64,000 nt of DNA from Amoebidium appalachense (taxonomy: Eukaryota > Protista > Ichthyosporea): contig CAVNZM010000016.1 in NCBI GenBank assembly GCA_963693365.1, positions 5,324,543 to 5,388,542 of the forward strand, written 5' to 3'. This document shows, one piece after another, positions 14,455 through 29,098 of the stretch. Position numbers and translations under genes: made by a program. Every line of letters begins with the position of its first letter. Within the stretch, counting starts at the first letter, position 1. The notes below the pieces were generated by a model, which saw only the letters and a program-made list of their open reading frames with translations, was not told where the DNA came from and did not search any database.

Positions 14455-15608
14455 CCACCACCACCACCACCACCACCACACACACACACACACATTGACT
14501 CACTCACTCACACACACACACACTCACTCCTCCTACCCCCCACTCCTCCACTGCAACCTCTGTTTTTTTTTGTTTTTTTTTGTTTTTGTTTTTTTTGGTT
14601 TTTTTTTTTGGGGGGGGGGGGTCTACAACTCGCCATATAGTGGTTTCCTGATTCCAACAACCCCGCCCACCTATACAGTAGCATTAGCTTCTGAAAATCA
14701 AAAGGACCCCCCCACACACACACACAAACACGGGTACACACACACACACACACATCTTACTCACCCGTAATTTCGTCTTATTTACCCTTTTCTCCTCCTC
14801 CAACAGGCGCAGGAGCGGTCGTTTGAAGAGCCTCGCTCCAACACATCGCTTACTCCTCAGTATGCCGACGAGTCTCAGGTGCCCACAAGGGGTGGCGTCA
14901 AGCTCGGGTAATTATAGGATTGTTACTGTGCATGTATGATGCGTGCATGCAGAATCTCATTATTTATTTATATATATATATTTTTTTTTTTTTGTTTTTT
15001 TTTTGTTTTGTTTTTTTTTTTTTAATAACCTTTTTATCCTTTTTGCTTTTGTTCGTTCCCTCATTTTGAAGTCATTCTTTTCTTTATCACAATTCCATTT
15101 CATTTATTGTTGTTGTTGCTTTATCCTATCCTGTTTTTGTTTTTTGTTTTTTTTCTTTCCCTTTTTTTGAAGTCACTATTTTGTTATCACAATTCCATTT
15201 CATTTATTGTTGTTGTTGCTGTTGTTATTTTGCAATACTCAGTTTCTCATCCTTTTCCCGCACTCCCAGGTTTGTCACGGGCGTGCTTGACCGCGATCGC
15301 TTTGCCACCTTCGAGCGCGTTCTGTGGCGTGCCTGCCGCGGGAACGTGTTCCTGCGCCGTGCAGACATCGAGGAGGAGCTGAAAGATCCCACAACGGTAA
15401 ATTTCCTCCTGGTGTGGGGGTATCAAGCTAACTTTTATCTCGTTCTGCTCTTCCTGCCTACCCATATTGGGTGGGTGGGTGGGTAGTGGTGTTGGTGTTG
15501 GGGGGAGGGAACCTAAAAGCCAACTTTCTCCCAACTATTCAAGGTTTTCGACGTCCGATTGGGTGATATCTAGATCCTTAATATAAAGGGTCAACACTCT
15601 TGAATCGA

Positions 15609-15644
<36 letters not shown>

Positions 15645-15898
15645 AGCCTCATTTCCTCCCACCACACATACAGGCGCGCGCGCACACAACACACACACAC
15701 ACACACACGCGCGCAGAGCAAATATTCTCACGGCCGTGTTTTTTCCTTCTCAGAATGCACCGGTGCACAAGGTGGCGTTCATTGTGTTCTTCCAGGGTGA
15801 TGTGCTTGCAAGCAAGGTCAAGCGCATTTGCGACGGGTATGCCCCCCCCCCCCCCCTCCCCCTCCCCCAAGACACACACGCAAACAAAAAAGACAACG

Positions 15899-15940
<42 letters not shown>

Positions 15941-16109
15941 ACACTGATACTCTCACTCGCACACACACACACACTCACACTCACACTCACACTCACACTC
16001 ACACTCAGACCTCCACACACTCTCACTCACACATATAAACGCAGACACAAACACACAGCCCCCCCCCCCCCCTCCTTCCCCCCCCTTTCCCCCCCCCCCC
16101 CTACACACA

Positions 16110-16144
<35 letters not shown>

Positions 16145-16562
16145 ACACCCAACCTCTTTCCCCTCCCTTGCTGGCTACCTTTTTCAACTGGCACGTTTCA
16201 TAATACACCAAAACCCTTTTTTTGTTGTTGGTCTTGTCTGAGGGCACATGTGCCCTGGGACACCCATGCAGCCTAGCAGGATTGAACGTTTATTGTTTGA
16301 TTCTTGCGTATTATTTGTAGAATTATGCTGATTAAATTCGCACTGACTTTTCTTTCTTTTCGTTTTTTTGGCTGCAGTTTTGGGGCCACGCTCTACCCCT
16401 GCCCTGAAAATGCAAGTGAGAGGAGAGCACTGATGGAGCGGGTGGATCAGAGCCTGTCTGAGTTGCAGATGGTACGTGTGCGTGTATGTGTTTTTTTTTT
16501 CTTTTTGTTTTTTGGGGGGGGGGGGGGTTGTGTTTGTTGCGGGGGGGAATGTGTGTGTGTGT

Positions 16563-16599
<37 letters not shown>

Positions 16600-16815
16600 C
16601 TTGTGTGTGTTGGGATGGGCAAACGGGAAAACATACGAAAAAACGAAAAAGTAAAACACACACACACACACACACACACGCACAATCCTCTGCGAATGTG
16701 GTAGAGAGCAGAAAACAAAAAAAGAAATCGTCAGCACTACCTCCCCTTTTCTTGCCCCCCCCCCCTCCCCCCCCCCCCCCCCCCCCCCGCCATTTTGGTT
16801 TTTTCTTACCACAGA

Positions 16816-16849
<34 letters not shown>

Positions 16850-17116
16850 CCACGCAGGTTCTCAGCCGGACCAACCAGTTCCGCCTTAAAGTGCTCAAGG
16901 ACATTCTGGACCAGTATGAGAGCTGGGCCGTTAAAGTCAAAAAGGTGTGTTCCTGCTTGTTTTTTTTTTTTTTTTCCCTGTTATGGGTTAGGTTAGGTGG
17001 ATAGATATAAATACACGTGTGCTCTTGTTTTGTGTCACGCCTCAGTGCCCATGCTCTGTTTGTACTGGCCCATAATTGCCGGTGAAATAATCCCAAGAAT
17101 CCTCGGATGGTCAACT

Positions 17117-17147
<31 letters not shown>

Positions 17148-17263
17148 CTTTCCCTGGGGTCCTTCACCTCCCCGCTTTTCTCCACTCCCCCCCCCTCCCC
17201 CCCCCCTCCCCTTCTCCCCCTATTGGAGGATTGAAACTGAACAGGTATCTACCCCCAACCCTT

Positions 17264-17300
<37 letters not shown>

Positions 17301-17476
17301 CCCCCCCATCCCCTTGCCCCACCCCTTCCTGAGGATGGGCTCTTAGTGCATATTTGCATCCTTCACTGAGTAGTCGGTTAGGAGTATGTGCTTTATACAT
17401 GGTCGCACATTCTTACCCCCCACCCCCCTTCCCCCCCCCCTCCCCCCCCCTCCCCCCCCCCCCCCCCCCCCCCCCC

Positions 17477-17512
<36 letters not shown>

Positions 17513-17647
17513 GATCAAGGCAGTGTACCACACGATGAACACGTTCAACTTTGACGTCACCAATGCGGCTCTGATTGGTGAGGGCTGGTGCCCCACTGAG
17601 CGTCTCAACGAGGTCCACCACGCACTCACAAGAGTCACCGTATGACC

Positions 17648-17678
<31 letters not shown>

Positions 17679-19195
17679 AAAAAAAACACCCCCCCCCCCT
17701 CTCCCCCCCCCCCCAAAAAAAAAAAACACACACGCGCACACACACAGACCAGGGATTCCCCTTCTCTCCAGGACACACAAGAGAAAAAGGAGAAACCAAC
17801 GAGCTTACTTAAGATTCAACTGGCAAGACAAAAAGGGTTCAGGAGAATTTGACAGTTACACGGGTGGTTTTGTTCTTTGGGATGCGTGTCTTGGTGTTTG
17901 GCTCCCTGGGCGGCGCGCGGGGGGAGGGAGGGGGGGGGGGGGGGGGGAGGGGGGAGAGAGAGAGAGAGAGAGAAAGAAAGAGAGCATGCTGTCTAACGTT
18001 GGCCGTTTTTTCTGGACACAGGAGCGTACGGGCAGTGGTGTGCCGACCATCATCAAGCGCGTCAAGACCAGCGAGCAGCCCCCCACACAGCAGCACATCA
18101 ACAAGTTCACAAAGGCCTTCCAGGTACCAATGAACCTCCCCCCTCCCTCCCTCCCTCCCCCTCTTCCCCCTCCCTTCCCCTTTCTCCCACCCCATCTCCC
18201 ACATAATCAGGATACTTTTTTACTGTGTGTGTGTGCTCTTTCTTTGCCTTTTTGGCATAGTCTGCTGTTTGCTTTGAATCAGTACTTCATGGTCTGCAGC
18301 ACATTCTATCCCCGTATACACTCATCACCCCAACCGCCGTCCCCACCACCACCCAAGCACCCTTTCAACGGAAAAAACAGGAAGAAAGAAAAATAGAAAA
18401 AGAAATATTGAAAGAAAGAAGAAAGAGAGGAAAAGAATAGTGTTGTTTAATACTTCTGTTTCCCAGGCTCTTTTCTTCCCCTCCCATATTATCTATATAG
18501 TGTGCCTTGGATTGTAACCAAGGCCGCACTGACTGTGAGTCGTTTGTATTGTGCAGACGATTGTGGATGCCTATGGTGTGGCGACATACGAGGAAGTCAA
18601 CCCAGGTACATGCCCTATTCCCTACATTCACATGCACATACACGTGGGTGGAGAGAGAGAGCGTGTGTGTGTGTGTGTGTGTGTGTGTGCTTGTCGGTCT
18701 GCATATGTGCGTACGTGTTTGCAAACAACAAGAAAAGGGGGGGGGGGGGGGGGGGGGGGGGGGAAGAGGGTTACCTTAGTGGATGTTGCTCTCTACGTTA
18801 GGTCGATTGTGCAGCTTACGTGAATTCAACCCTTTTCAATCTATTTCCCTATTTCAAGGGATTTCAATAGTGACAAGACAACTTTTCTATGTGATTGTTG
18901 TGGATGTATAAGTGAGCTCGTGTGTCTTTGGGGGATAGCTGTGTATGGCTGAGGGGAGGGAGGGGAAAGGTTTTTAGGTGTGTACTTCTGGAATTCAAGT
19001 ACAAGGAGCAAAGATTGATGATTGGAAGTAACTGACACGTTTTGTTGTGTGCAGGTCTTTACACTCTGATCAGTTTCCCGTTCCTGTTTGCCGTCATGTT
19101 TGGGGACATTGGCCATGGATTCTTGATGGCTGCATTTGCCGGATGGATGCTCATAAACGAGAAGACACTGCTCAAGACTGCACCCAAATACGGAG

Positions 19196-19235
<40 letters not shown>

Positions 19236-19339
19236 GAGGAGGGGGCGTTGGGGAGGGGGGGGAGGTGGGCGGGGGAGGGGGGGGGGGGGGGAGTGGGGCG
19301 ATGGGTGATGGGTGATGGGTTGGGTGTGCATGTGGGTGG

Positions 19340-19405
<66 letters not shown>

Positions 19406-19997
19406 ATGCACATGTGTTTGTTTGTGTGTGTGTGTTTCCCCCGTGGGGTGTAATGGATGGTGTGGGTTAGTTTGTTTATTTTCTGTGTAGACAGTTGGCT
19501 TATTCATGTTATCCCGTGGCACAGATCTTCCTTACCATCTTCCAGGGCCGCTACATTATTTTCCTCATGGGTGTGTTCTCCATCTATACAGGCGCAATCT
19601 ACAACGACTGCTTCTCAAAGGTATCCATTCGGGTGGTTATCGGGTGCACTGTTGTCGATCTTGAACATATGTTTTATGCCCGACATTTCTTTGTTGTTGT
19701 TGCTGCGGCGGCGGCTGCTGTTCGTGTGTGTGTGTGTGTGTGTCTGTTACGTTTTTAGTTCATTTTTTTTCTTTTACTTCTTTTTATTTTATTGTTTTTT
19801 TTTTTTGTTTTTTTGTTTTTTTTTGGGGGGGGGGGGGGGAGGGAGGAGGGGGGAGTGGGCTATTCGAACTGACAGCTCACTTTGAACACAGATGTTGTGG
19901 GTTTTCGACACCAAATGGGCACTGCCTCAAGATGTCCCTTTCAACGGTATGTATCCTTCCCATCCCCCCCCCCCCCCCCCCCCCCCCCTCCCTCTCC

Positions 19998-20096
<99 letters not shown>

Positions 20097-21270
20097 TCCC
20101 ATCCCCCCCCCCCCCCCTCCCGCCTCGCCTCCCTGCCCGCCTCACACACACGCACACCAATACAGCTATGGACACACGTCCCACCTCCTTCTCCTCTATG
20201 ACCACCACCAAAAGCACAAGGAAAGCAAAGAGAAAAAGAATGCAAAGAAGATACTCCAGCCCCACATCCTTTATTTGCCTTATGTCCACGCACGCTCAAC
20301 CCTTCGTCTTAGTAAAACGCATCGCATGGAATGGTACCAATTGCTCCCCCAAGCTCTTTGTAATTTCACTACACTGGTAAATCGTCAATGCTAAAACTAC
20401 CTCTTTTTGGGGCGTTGCGTCACCCCTCATTTCCCTATGCTGCCCATACAAAAAGTTCTCGCGTGTGCCTTTCTGTTGGATCTTAATGATGCAAGCCATT
20501 CGCTATCATCGTGTTTTGGAAAGGTGCTATGGTTGCATACCCAAATCCGTCTACCGGAGCTTTCTTTCGGGGGAGGGGGGGAGGGGGGGGGGGGGGGGGG
20601 AGGGGGGGGGGGGGGGGAGAAGGGGGAGGGAGGGTGAGGGGGTGAGGAAAGGGGTAGGGGGTGAGGGAAGGGGGAGGGGGGGGGGGGGGGTTAATATGTG
20701 AATAATATATTAGTTTTGGGGTGATGCAAGTGCTTACTTTATGTTGTGGGCACAGGCACCATCACGCTTAACCCCCACAAGATTGTCATGGGGGCGGCTG
20801 GAACCCCGTGTGAGAAGGGTTGCGGGTTCAAGGGAGATGGGCCCTATCCCTTCGGTATTGATCCGGTAAGTTTTTGTTCGGCTGGATTTTGGACTAGAGC
20901 TGTAGTTGTGTGTGTGCGTGTGTGGGTGGGTGGGTGGGTGGGTGGGTGGGTGGGTGGGTGTGTGTGTGTGTGTGTGCGCGCGCGCGCGCGCATATGTATG
21001 TGTGTGTGGACATATATGGTGAATGTTGGGGTGGGTGGGTGTGTGTGTGTGAAGGGGGGGAGGGGGATATGTGGTGTCGGTGTGTGTGGGTGGTGTGGGT
21101 GGGTGGCTATGTATGTCATGTGTATTTTTCAGCTATCTTGAGGCTATGCAAACTGTTGTGAGTGCTCCTCCCCAGCCACCCTCCGCTTTCCCTCCCATAG
21201 CAGCATTCTCTCCATTTCTGTTTGTTCCGTTTGATGATTATAAGCTTTGCCCTTCTCACCACGTGTGTTC

Positions 21271-21301
<31 letters not shown>

Positions 21302-21775
21302 TGTGTTGATCCTTTCCTCCCTCCTTCCCTCCCTCCCTCGATGCCTCTTTTTCTCACCTTTCACTCGCCTTCCTCCATTCCCCCCCCCCCCCCCCCCCCC
21401 CCCCTCTTCTTTCTTTTTTTTTGTTCCCTTGTTTTCCTTTTCCTTGTCTTTTTCTTTCTTCCTATCTTTTTTCCCTTTCTTTTTTTTCCCTTCGTTTTTC
21501 AGGTATGGGGTCTGTCGGACAACAAGCTCAACTTCATGAACTCGCTCAAGATGAAATCCTCGATTCTGATTGGTGTGATCCACATGTGCTTCGGCATCTG
21601 CCTGCAAGTCTACAACCACCTGCACTTCAAGCGGAACTACAGGTAAAAGGACCCCCACCCCCCTACCCCCCTTCCCGTGGATATTTTTTGTGTATGTGTG
21701 GTTTGCACTCTGCAATGTGTTGTCCGTCATGAATGTGTACTTCATACTCTGTAACACTATCTACCCCCCCCCCCC

Positions 21776-21853
<78 letters not shown>

Positions 21854-22690
21854 ACCACCACCACCACCACCACCACCACCACCATCACCACCACCACCAC
21901 CATCACCATCACCACCAAAAGAAAAAAAATAAAAAATAAAAGAAAAGAAGAAAAGAAAAGAAAAGAAAGAAAGAAAGGAAAGAAAGAGGGTGTTTGGGGG
22001 GGGAGGGGGGGGGGGGGGGGGGGGGGAGGCTCTGTTGTGTGTGATGATGGTAGTGGTTGGGGGGGGGGGGGGGGGGGGGGGGGGGGCTCTTCTTACACTT
22101 CGGAAATGAGGTTGGCGGCCTTGGGCCTACCAGAGAGTCTGGACAAAGGGGTGTAACAAAAGTGTTTTTTTGTTTGTTTTGTTTTGTTTTGTTTTTTGTT
22201 TTTTTTGAGGGGGGGGGGGGGGGGGGGCACCCTCTGACTGCACTTACAAACACATGGGCTGGTTGCTGGGCAGTGTGTACATGGAGTTCATCCCCCAGAT
22301 CCTGTTCATGACGTCAATTTTCGGCTACCTGTGCATCCTCATCCTTGCAAAGTAAGTGCCCTAGGTGTGCAGCTGCAGACTAATGTTAGCCTGTGCCTGG
22401 TGACGTCACAGGCGCAGTTGACTGCCGGTGAAGGATTTCCAAGGATGGATGGATGGAACGGGAGGGGGGGGAAGGGGGGGGGGGAGGTGGGAGGTGGGAG
22501 GGGGAGGGGGGGTGGAGACATCTGAAGACAGATGGTGTGTAACGAGCAAGGCGGACACACAGGGTGTTGAAACACACCGTGTCTAGTATATGAATGTGTC
22601 TGGGCTTTTCTTCGTGGCGATAACGTCTTTTGTGGTTGATGGATAGGTGAACGTCACCCATTGACCCCCCTCCCCCCTCCCCCTCCCCCC

Positions 22691-22727
<37 letters not shown>

Positions 22728-23258
22728 TTCTTCCCCTGCTTTGGTTCCCTCTGTCCTTTCTTCCTCTCCTACTGCATCTTCTCCTTCTTCTCCTCCTCCT
22801 TTTTTTAACCTTTTCTTTTTCCTTCTTTTTCTCTTCCTTTTTTATTTTTGCCTTTGTTGCTTCACAGGTGGATGACGGTATGGGGAGACAACTGCGCTCT
22901 ACCCGGAGACATCACCACCTACTCGTGTGACCCAAGCATCCTCATTCTTCTCATCAACATGTTCCTTTCACCCGGCAAGCTCACATATGCCGACCACACG
23001 GTGTTTTTCAGCAACAGAACCATGCAGAGCACGCTGCAGGTTGCGCTGTTGGCGATCGCGCTGGTGTGCGTGCCCTGGATGTTGTTGACGAAGCCGTTTT
23101 ACCTCAAGAACAAGTATGAGAAGATACAGGTACGTGCAGTGTGGGGGGTGAGTGCTTGTGGGTAGGGTTGGGTGTTGTTTGGGGGGGGATGGAGGAGGGA
23201 GGGGGGGGGGGGGGGGGGGGGTGTCCTGTGGGCTTTTTGCAGGAGCTGTGTTTGTTTC

Positions 23259-23299
<41 letters not shown>

Positions 23300-23303
23300 C
23301 CCC

Positions 23304-23334
<31 letters not shown>

Positions 23335-23795
23335 ACACACACACATGCACACGCGCACACATGCACAATTATGCAAAAGCTGCATGCATGCACACTCCTC
23401 CTCATACCAATACATCTTTTCCCTCCCTCCTGTACTTCCATTTGTCGCCATCCTTCCCTTCCCAGTGCGTAAAATACTTTTTTTTTCTCTCCCGCCGCTG
23501 TAGTCTTAACGTACATACTGACCCCCCCCCCCTCCCCCCCTCCCTCCCTCCCCCCCCTGCACACACAGAAAAATGCCCAAGCTTCAGTTGACAGCGGAGA
23601 GGGGCACGTGATCGATCACGAGGAGGGAGGTCACGGGGGCCACGGTGAGGAATTTGAGTTCGGGGAGATCATGGTGCACCAGGCCATCCACACCATCGAG
23701 TTTGTGCTTGGGTGTGTGTCAAACACGGCCAGTTATCTGCGGTTGTGGGCATTGTCACTGGCTCACGCACAGGTGAGTGCTTTTTTTTTTTTTTG

Positions 23796-23862
<67 letters not shown>

Positions 23863-25702
23863 GGGGGGGGGGGGTCCCAGGATTTTGGGTTCTTCCCTTA
23901 CTTTTTTTTTTGTGTGTGTGTGTGTGTGTATGTGTTTGCATGTGTGCGCACTCGTGGACGCAGGGGGGGGGGGGGGGGGGGGGTAATGCAACCCGGGGAG
24001 AGAAGATGGGAGTGGCAATGAGGTGCCCGCGTGTGTGTATGTGGGTGGGTTGGGAGGGGGGGGGGGGGGGGAGTGTGTGTGGGTAGGTGTAGGGGGGGGG
24101 GGGGGGGGAAGGGGGGGGTTCTCAGGACATGGGAATGTGAATACTGACGAGCTGGGATCCTGGCCCTTACAGCTGTCTGAAGTGCTTTGGGACATGATTC
24201 TCCATGCCGGCTTTGCGTGAGTATCCCCTACTTTGTCAACACTTTTGCACACGAAAAACACCGTTATATGAACGGATTGCATTTTTTGTTGTTGTTGTTG
24301 TTGTTTTTATTTTGTTGTTGTTGTTGTTTTTATTTTGTTGTTTTTTTGTTTTTTTTGTTGGTTTTTTGTTTGTTTTTTTTGGGGGGGGGGGGGGGGGAGT
24401 CACGTGACTCACCATCTTTGTGTGTGAAATGTCGTTGGGTTGCAGGTCTGGTGTTGAATGTTATGTCCACTCAACAAACATGTATGGCTCAACTTTTTTC
24501 ATCCTCTGGTCCCATAAAATCTATCCACCTATGTAAATACGTTTATCCAATATACCCCTAGTGCACCCTGTCTGACCCCGTGGTTTTTCACAACATATCC
24601 CCCCATACATATATCACCCAACCCATTTCACCTTCTTGTCCCTGGCCACATAATGTATCCACACTAACGTATACCAAACACCCCCAGCGCACCCTGTTTC
24701 ATTCACCCCGTGATTATTAAGAACATATCCACGCAAACGTATAGCACCGAATTCATCTCACCTTCTAACCCCACACAACATCCCCACGCTAACATATTTC
24801 CAATACATCCCCACTGCACCCTGTCTACCCTGTGGTAATTATTCACAACTGATGTCACGCAACCCATTTCACCTTCTCGTCCCACACAATCCTTCCACAC
24901 TAATGTATATCCAATATTACCCCAGTGCGCCCTGTTTCACCCCGTGGTTATTCACAACATATCCAACCAAACATATATCACTCAACCCATTTCACCTTCT
25001 GTGCCCACCCAACATATCCCCACTGACGTATATCCAACGCAGTGCGCCAGTCAAGGGTGTGATGCTGTTCTGCACGTTTGCAGCCTGGGCCACCCTGACC
25101 GTTGCTGTGCTTCTGCTGATGGAGGGCATGTCTGCTTTCCTGCATGCCCTGCGTCTCCACTGGTAAAGATCCCCCTCCCCCCCTCTCCCCACCCCCTCCC
25201 CGACCACCAGCACGATCTTCAAAACTCCTCCCTTGCCGGCCCTCCAATAACACATTCAGCCTTCTTCTTCTTCATACCCCCCGTGGTTAGGGTGCGTGTG
25301 TGTATTTTTTCTTTTTCTTTTTCTTTTTTTTTTCTTCTCGTGTGTGTGTGTTGGGAGGGGACTCTGGAAGAAGAAATTGAACAATAAAATGCCGATCATA
25401 AATCAGAAAGTAGGTCGCTTCAAACAGTACTTTCAGGGGTTTTTTTCTTGCCGATTTATATATTATATTGTCAACGCTTTTTGGTCCCCGGGTCGGGCCA
25501 AATGCTGTTTGATGCGCACCAAGCCAATTATACTGCATATATTCCATCCGGGTCTGACCCGACCCGGATACCCAAAAGCAACCTCCTTTAACGGCCTGTG
25601 TGCTTTTATAGGGTGGAGTTCAACAACAAGTTCTACCAGGGCACAGGTTACCAGTTTGTGCCCTTCCACTTCCGCAAGTTTATGGTCGAGGCTGCAGCGT
25701 AA
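11374..25702 (+). CDS. ATP6V0A: V-type proton ATPase V0 subunit a (Vph1/ATP6V0A family). 24 exons: 11374-11434, 11818-11873, 12529-12607, 13091-13170, 13977-14144, 14807-14907, 15270-15396, 15754-15836, 16378-16471, 16858-16944, 17514-17639, 18022-18123, 18557-18605, 19055-19197, 19525-19620, 19892-19946, 20756-20865, 21503-21642, 22274-22351, 22868-23129, 23569-23772, 24173-24216, 25043-25162, 25612-25702
   Basis: Signature motifs: MFRSx[95 protein letters not shown] (contains the essential Arg), [18 protein letters not shown]. Phases match at every junction except one apparent extra G at ~19198. Confidence 0.97.
13677..13778 (+). repeat. Copy of dispersed intronic repeat family A (CCCTGAGGATGGGCTCTGCTTAT...GTGTACTTC...GACGCATTCA)
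   Basis: Similar to the reverse-oriented copies at 490-582, 37320-37472, 38780-38933 and 55680-55814, and to partial copies at 17327, 21690, 25845, 39715 and 43532. Confidence 0.8.
15063..15225 (+). repeat. Direct repeat of ~55 bp (2 copies) in a V-ATPase intron
   Basis: ttttgaagtca...ttatcacaattccatttcatttattgttgttgttgct occurs at ~15063 and ~15165. Confidence 0.8.
24520..25050 (+). repeat. Degenerate tandem repeat (~110-127 bp unit, 4-5 copies) ending at the acceptor of V-ATPase exon 23
   Basis: The unit marker (c/t)agtgc(a/g)cc recurs at ~24559, 24685, 24812, 24923 and 25040, with aacccatttcaccttct-like sequence in each unit. Confidence 0.85.
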
Positions 25703-25814
25703 ACTGGCTGGATATTTGTGGTTTTTGTTTGTTTTTTTTGCATGACATTGTATGCATAAATCATTTCTTTCTTTCTTTCGAGTCTTTCTTTCTTTTTTTT
25801 GTGTGTTTGTTTGT

Positions 25815-25846
<32 letters not shown>

Positions 25847-26481
25847 GGCTTGCATTCTGCATCGTGTTATCCGTTTGTTCTTGTGTACTTCGTACTTTTT
25901 GACGCATTCAAACCCCCCCCCCCCCCCCCCCCCCCCCCGGGGCGCTCCCTCCCTCCCTCCATGTTATCTCATGATTATTACATCAAGTGCTTGTTACAAT
26001 AGTTAATTTTAGTGTTATACCATGGCATCACGTAGTGTACAAAGTGTCAACTTATCTGCTAGTCATTTAGTTAGTCAAAAAAGGCATCTGGTGCCCCATT
26101 ATTTGATATCGATTGTAGTAGCTGTAGCGGTTGCCTCCTTTGAATTAGAGTTCTTAGAAGTGCAATCGGTTGCACTTGAGCTAAATTATCAATCAACAAA
26201 AATATAATCAACAGCGAAGTTTGCAATTGCCTTCATTAATAATATGGGGAGCCATGCTTTAACGGTTGTACCGCAACCGTGTGCCCAGATGAGCTCTCTC
26301 CCTCCCTCCCTCCCCCTCTCTCCCTCCCTCCCTCCCTCTCCAGTGTCTCTCTCCCTCTCCCTCTCCCCCCTCTCTCCTGCTCCTAGTTAAAAAAAAAAAA
26401 ACTGAATCAAGCTGAGCTCTCTTTGAGACTCTCTTAAGCTCTCGAGCTCCGAGCTCTCTTTAGCCTCTCTCTGTGTGTGTG

Positions 26482-26527
<46 letters not shown>

Positions 26528-27289
26528 GGGGGGAAGGGGGGGGGGGGGGGGGGTTGTGGTATTCAGATTGTTCGGTCATCATAGGCTCACGCGGCACGCC
26601 CATTTCACGAGCACATCACCCGCCCATCCGCCATCGGCCCGACCCATCCACTCTTCCGGCTACACGCATCCCCGCCGGACTCGCCCCTCTACCTCTTCCC
26701 TTCCACATCGTCTCTGCCCATTGTCGAGCGATATGCGGAGTGGCTGGCGACTCCACCGGAGGTACGGCTGGACCATAGTGTGACTATCAATAGTTTTAAT
26801 TAAGTCTATGGCTGATAGATACCTCTTTACTTTACGTGTCGAGTCCCTCCCAGTGCTAACACGTACTGACGTGTTGCCACACGTGCGACGTTATACATCT
26901 ATGTACTGTCCCTTTTTGCAAAAAAAAAAAAAAAGAAAAAAAGAAAAAAAAAAAAAAAAAGAAAGAAAGGAGACACCGCCTCAGTAGGTGGTAGCTCCCA
27001 GTGTTAGGTCAGCAAAAACACCAACTACTGGTAGCCTATATGGCAGATACGGTTAGACAATCTCGCTTCTAAATAGATTCGATTATTCATGATGTTGTGT
27101 CGTATAAATATGCAAAGATTGATTAGGTCTTGGCGTTGTAATCATTTTTTTGATGTCTCCTGCTCGTATGTGTAATATGTGTGGGGGTCGCGGATGCATA
27201 TATATCTATCAATAAGTGTGACCTGTTAGCTAATGTAGGTTATGGGCGGCTTTATTCTCTTTTCTACTTCTCTCCCCCACATCACCCTA

Positions 27290-29007
27290 GGTTTCAATCT
27301 ATTCTTCACATACACCCATGCCAATCCGCTTTTCGTAAAAACAATTCATGTTATGTTCAAATAATGGCACTGCACGATTCTATGCAAGTTGGTGCACGAT
27401 ATGTTGGCTTTATTGATTGGAAAACTGCTTACGATTCTGTCTCCCCTGGTCTCCTATGGGAAAAGCTTGCTGCACAGGGTGTGCCACACTGCATTGGTGT
27501 TCTGTTAGAAGCACTCTTGTCTCAAACCTATGGTAGAGCTGTGGTTAATGGGCATCTTTCATATGGTTTTGCTCGTACTAGAGGTCTCTTGCAGGGTTCA
27601 TTGCTTAGCCCCCTTTTGTTTAACCTATTTATAGATGATTTGGCTGTCAAGATTTATGCCAAAAACGATGACCCTATTAATAACTTTCCGCCTGCACTTC
27701 TCTATGCTGATGATCTGTCCCTCCTTGCCCGTACCCCTAGACGCCTGCAAAGATTGTTCGATGTAGTGTCAGAGTGGTGCAAGGCAAACCTTATGATCCT
27801 TAACATAGACAAATGTGGTGTTCTTGTACCTGATATAGCTAACAATTTACACACATTTACATTATCATCTAAACCTGTACCTATAGTTCCAGAATACAAA
27901 TATCTTGGTGTTCCGGTTGATTCTGTTGGTGTTATGTTTTCCCATATGGTCGAAAAGAGGGTAGAGTTGGCTCGTAAGCGGTTAGCTTTCTTCTCGGCTA
28001 ATATTTTTAAAGACACACCCCTCCATCCTTCTATTAGACTTACATTTATTCGCACTTTTGTCTTCCCGGCATGTGAATATGGTTTACCCCTTCTCGCCGC
28101 TTGGATCAAGAAAGAGAGAACTAGAGCGCTTAAACCCTTGGCAAATTTCCTTGAAGCAGAAGTTGCCTCCTTTCTATCTATAGAAACAACTGTTGTAAAC
28201 CTGGGCCTGTAACGCTCTCGATATATGGTCTGGTCCCAATAGCTGCTAGAGTATCCTATCTCGCGCTGAAATTCAATAAGCACATAAGCCGCTTAAAGAA
28301 GTATTTGCCCTCCCACCCTCTCTTCTCTATCCGACCTGTCCCCTCCTCACCTCTCCCCTCTTTCCTTCCCTCTCTCTCCCCTTCCCCCCTGGGCACAAAT
28401 ACAAATAAACCCCGCAATAGTGTGCACGTGTGTGTGACTTTGGACTGCCACTTACTTATTAAACATGTACACAATCACAAGATAATCACGCAATATAACA
28501 AATGGAAAAAGATACCACACGACACTAGACCCGATGAAAGCACACACCTTGAAAAACTAAGCCTTATGTCTCGTTTTGTATATACTGACCGCCTCAACCA
28601 CATTGCCAAATATGGCACTCGCAAATGTATAACACCTAAATACATATTACCTTCCTGTAGAACTGGTCTTTCTCTAGCTGATGGTATTATTGATCAATTA
28701 CCACGATTTTACTGTACACGTGCTATACAGTGGAGATCTAATAAGTATAAGGTGGCATCATTTGCATGCCCAAACAACACACACACACACCAGTTTAACC
28801 GGTCATGTATCGCCAAATGTAGTTTGATAGACCACATAATACCGCAACACACACACGTCACATTCACAACAGACACTCAGAAAGATAGCCTACCTGTAAA
28901 TTACAACATCCTTGATTTTATACTAAACACGCGTAACTACGACCTGTTTATTAGATGTATTGATTGGCCTCGGAGAAACACATCACTACAAAATTCTAGC
29001 GCACGCG

Positions 29008-29098
<91 letters not shown>

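Noticed and set aside
26560-26790. GC-rich island upstream of the LINE as an exon or ORF1 remnant
   Set aside because: No recognisable motif in any frame and no connected exons.
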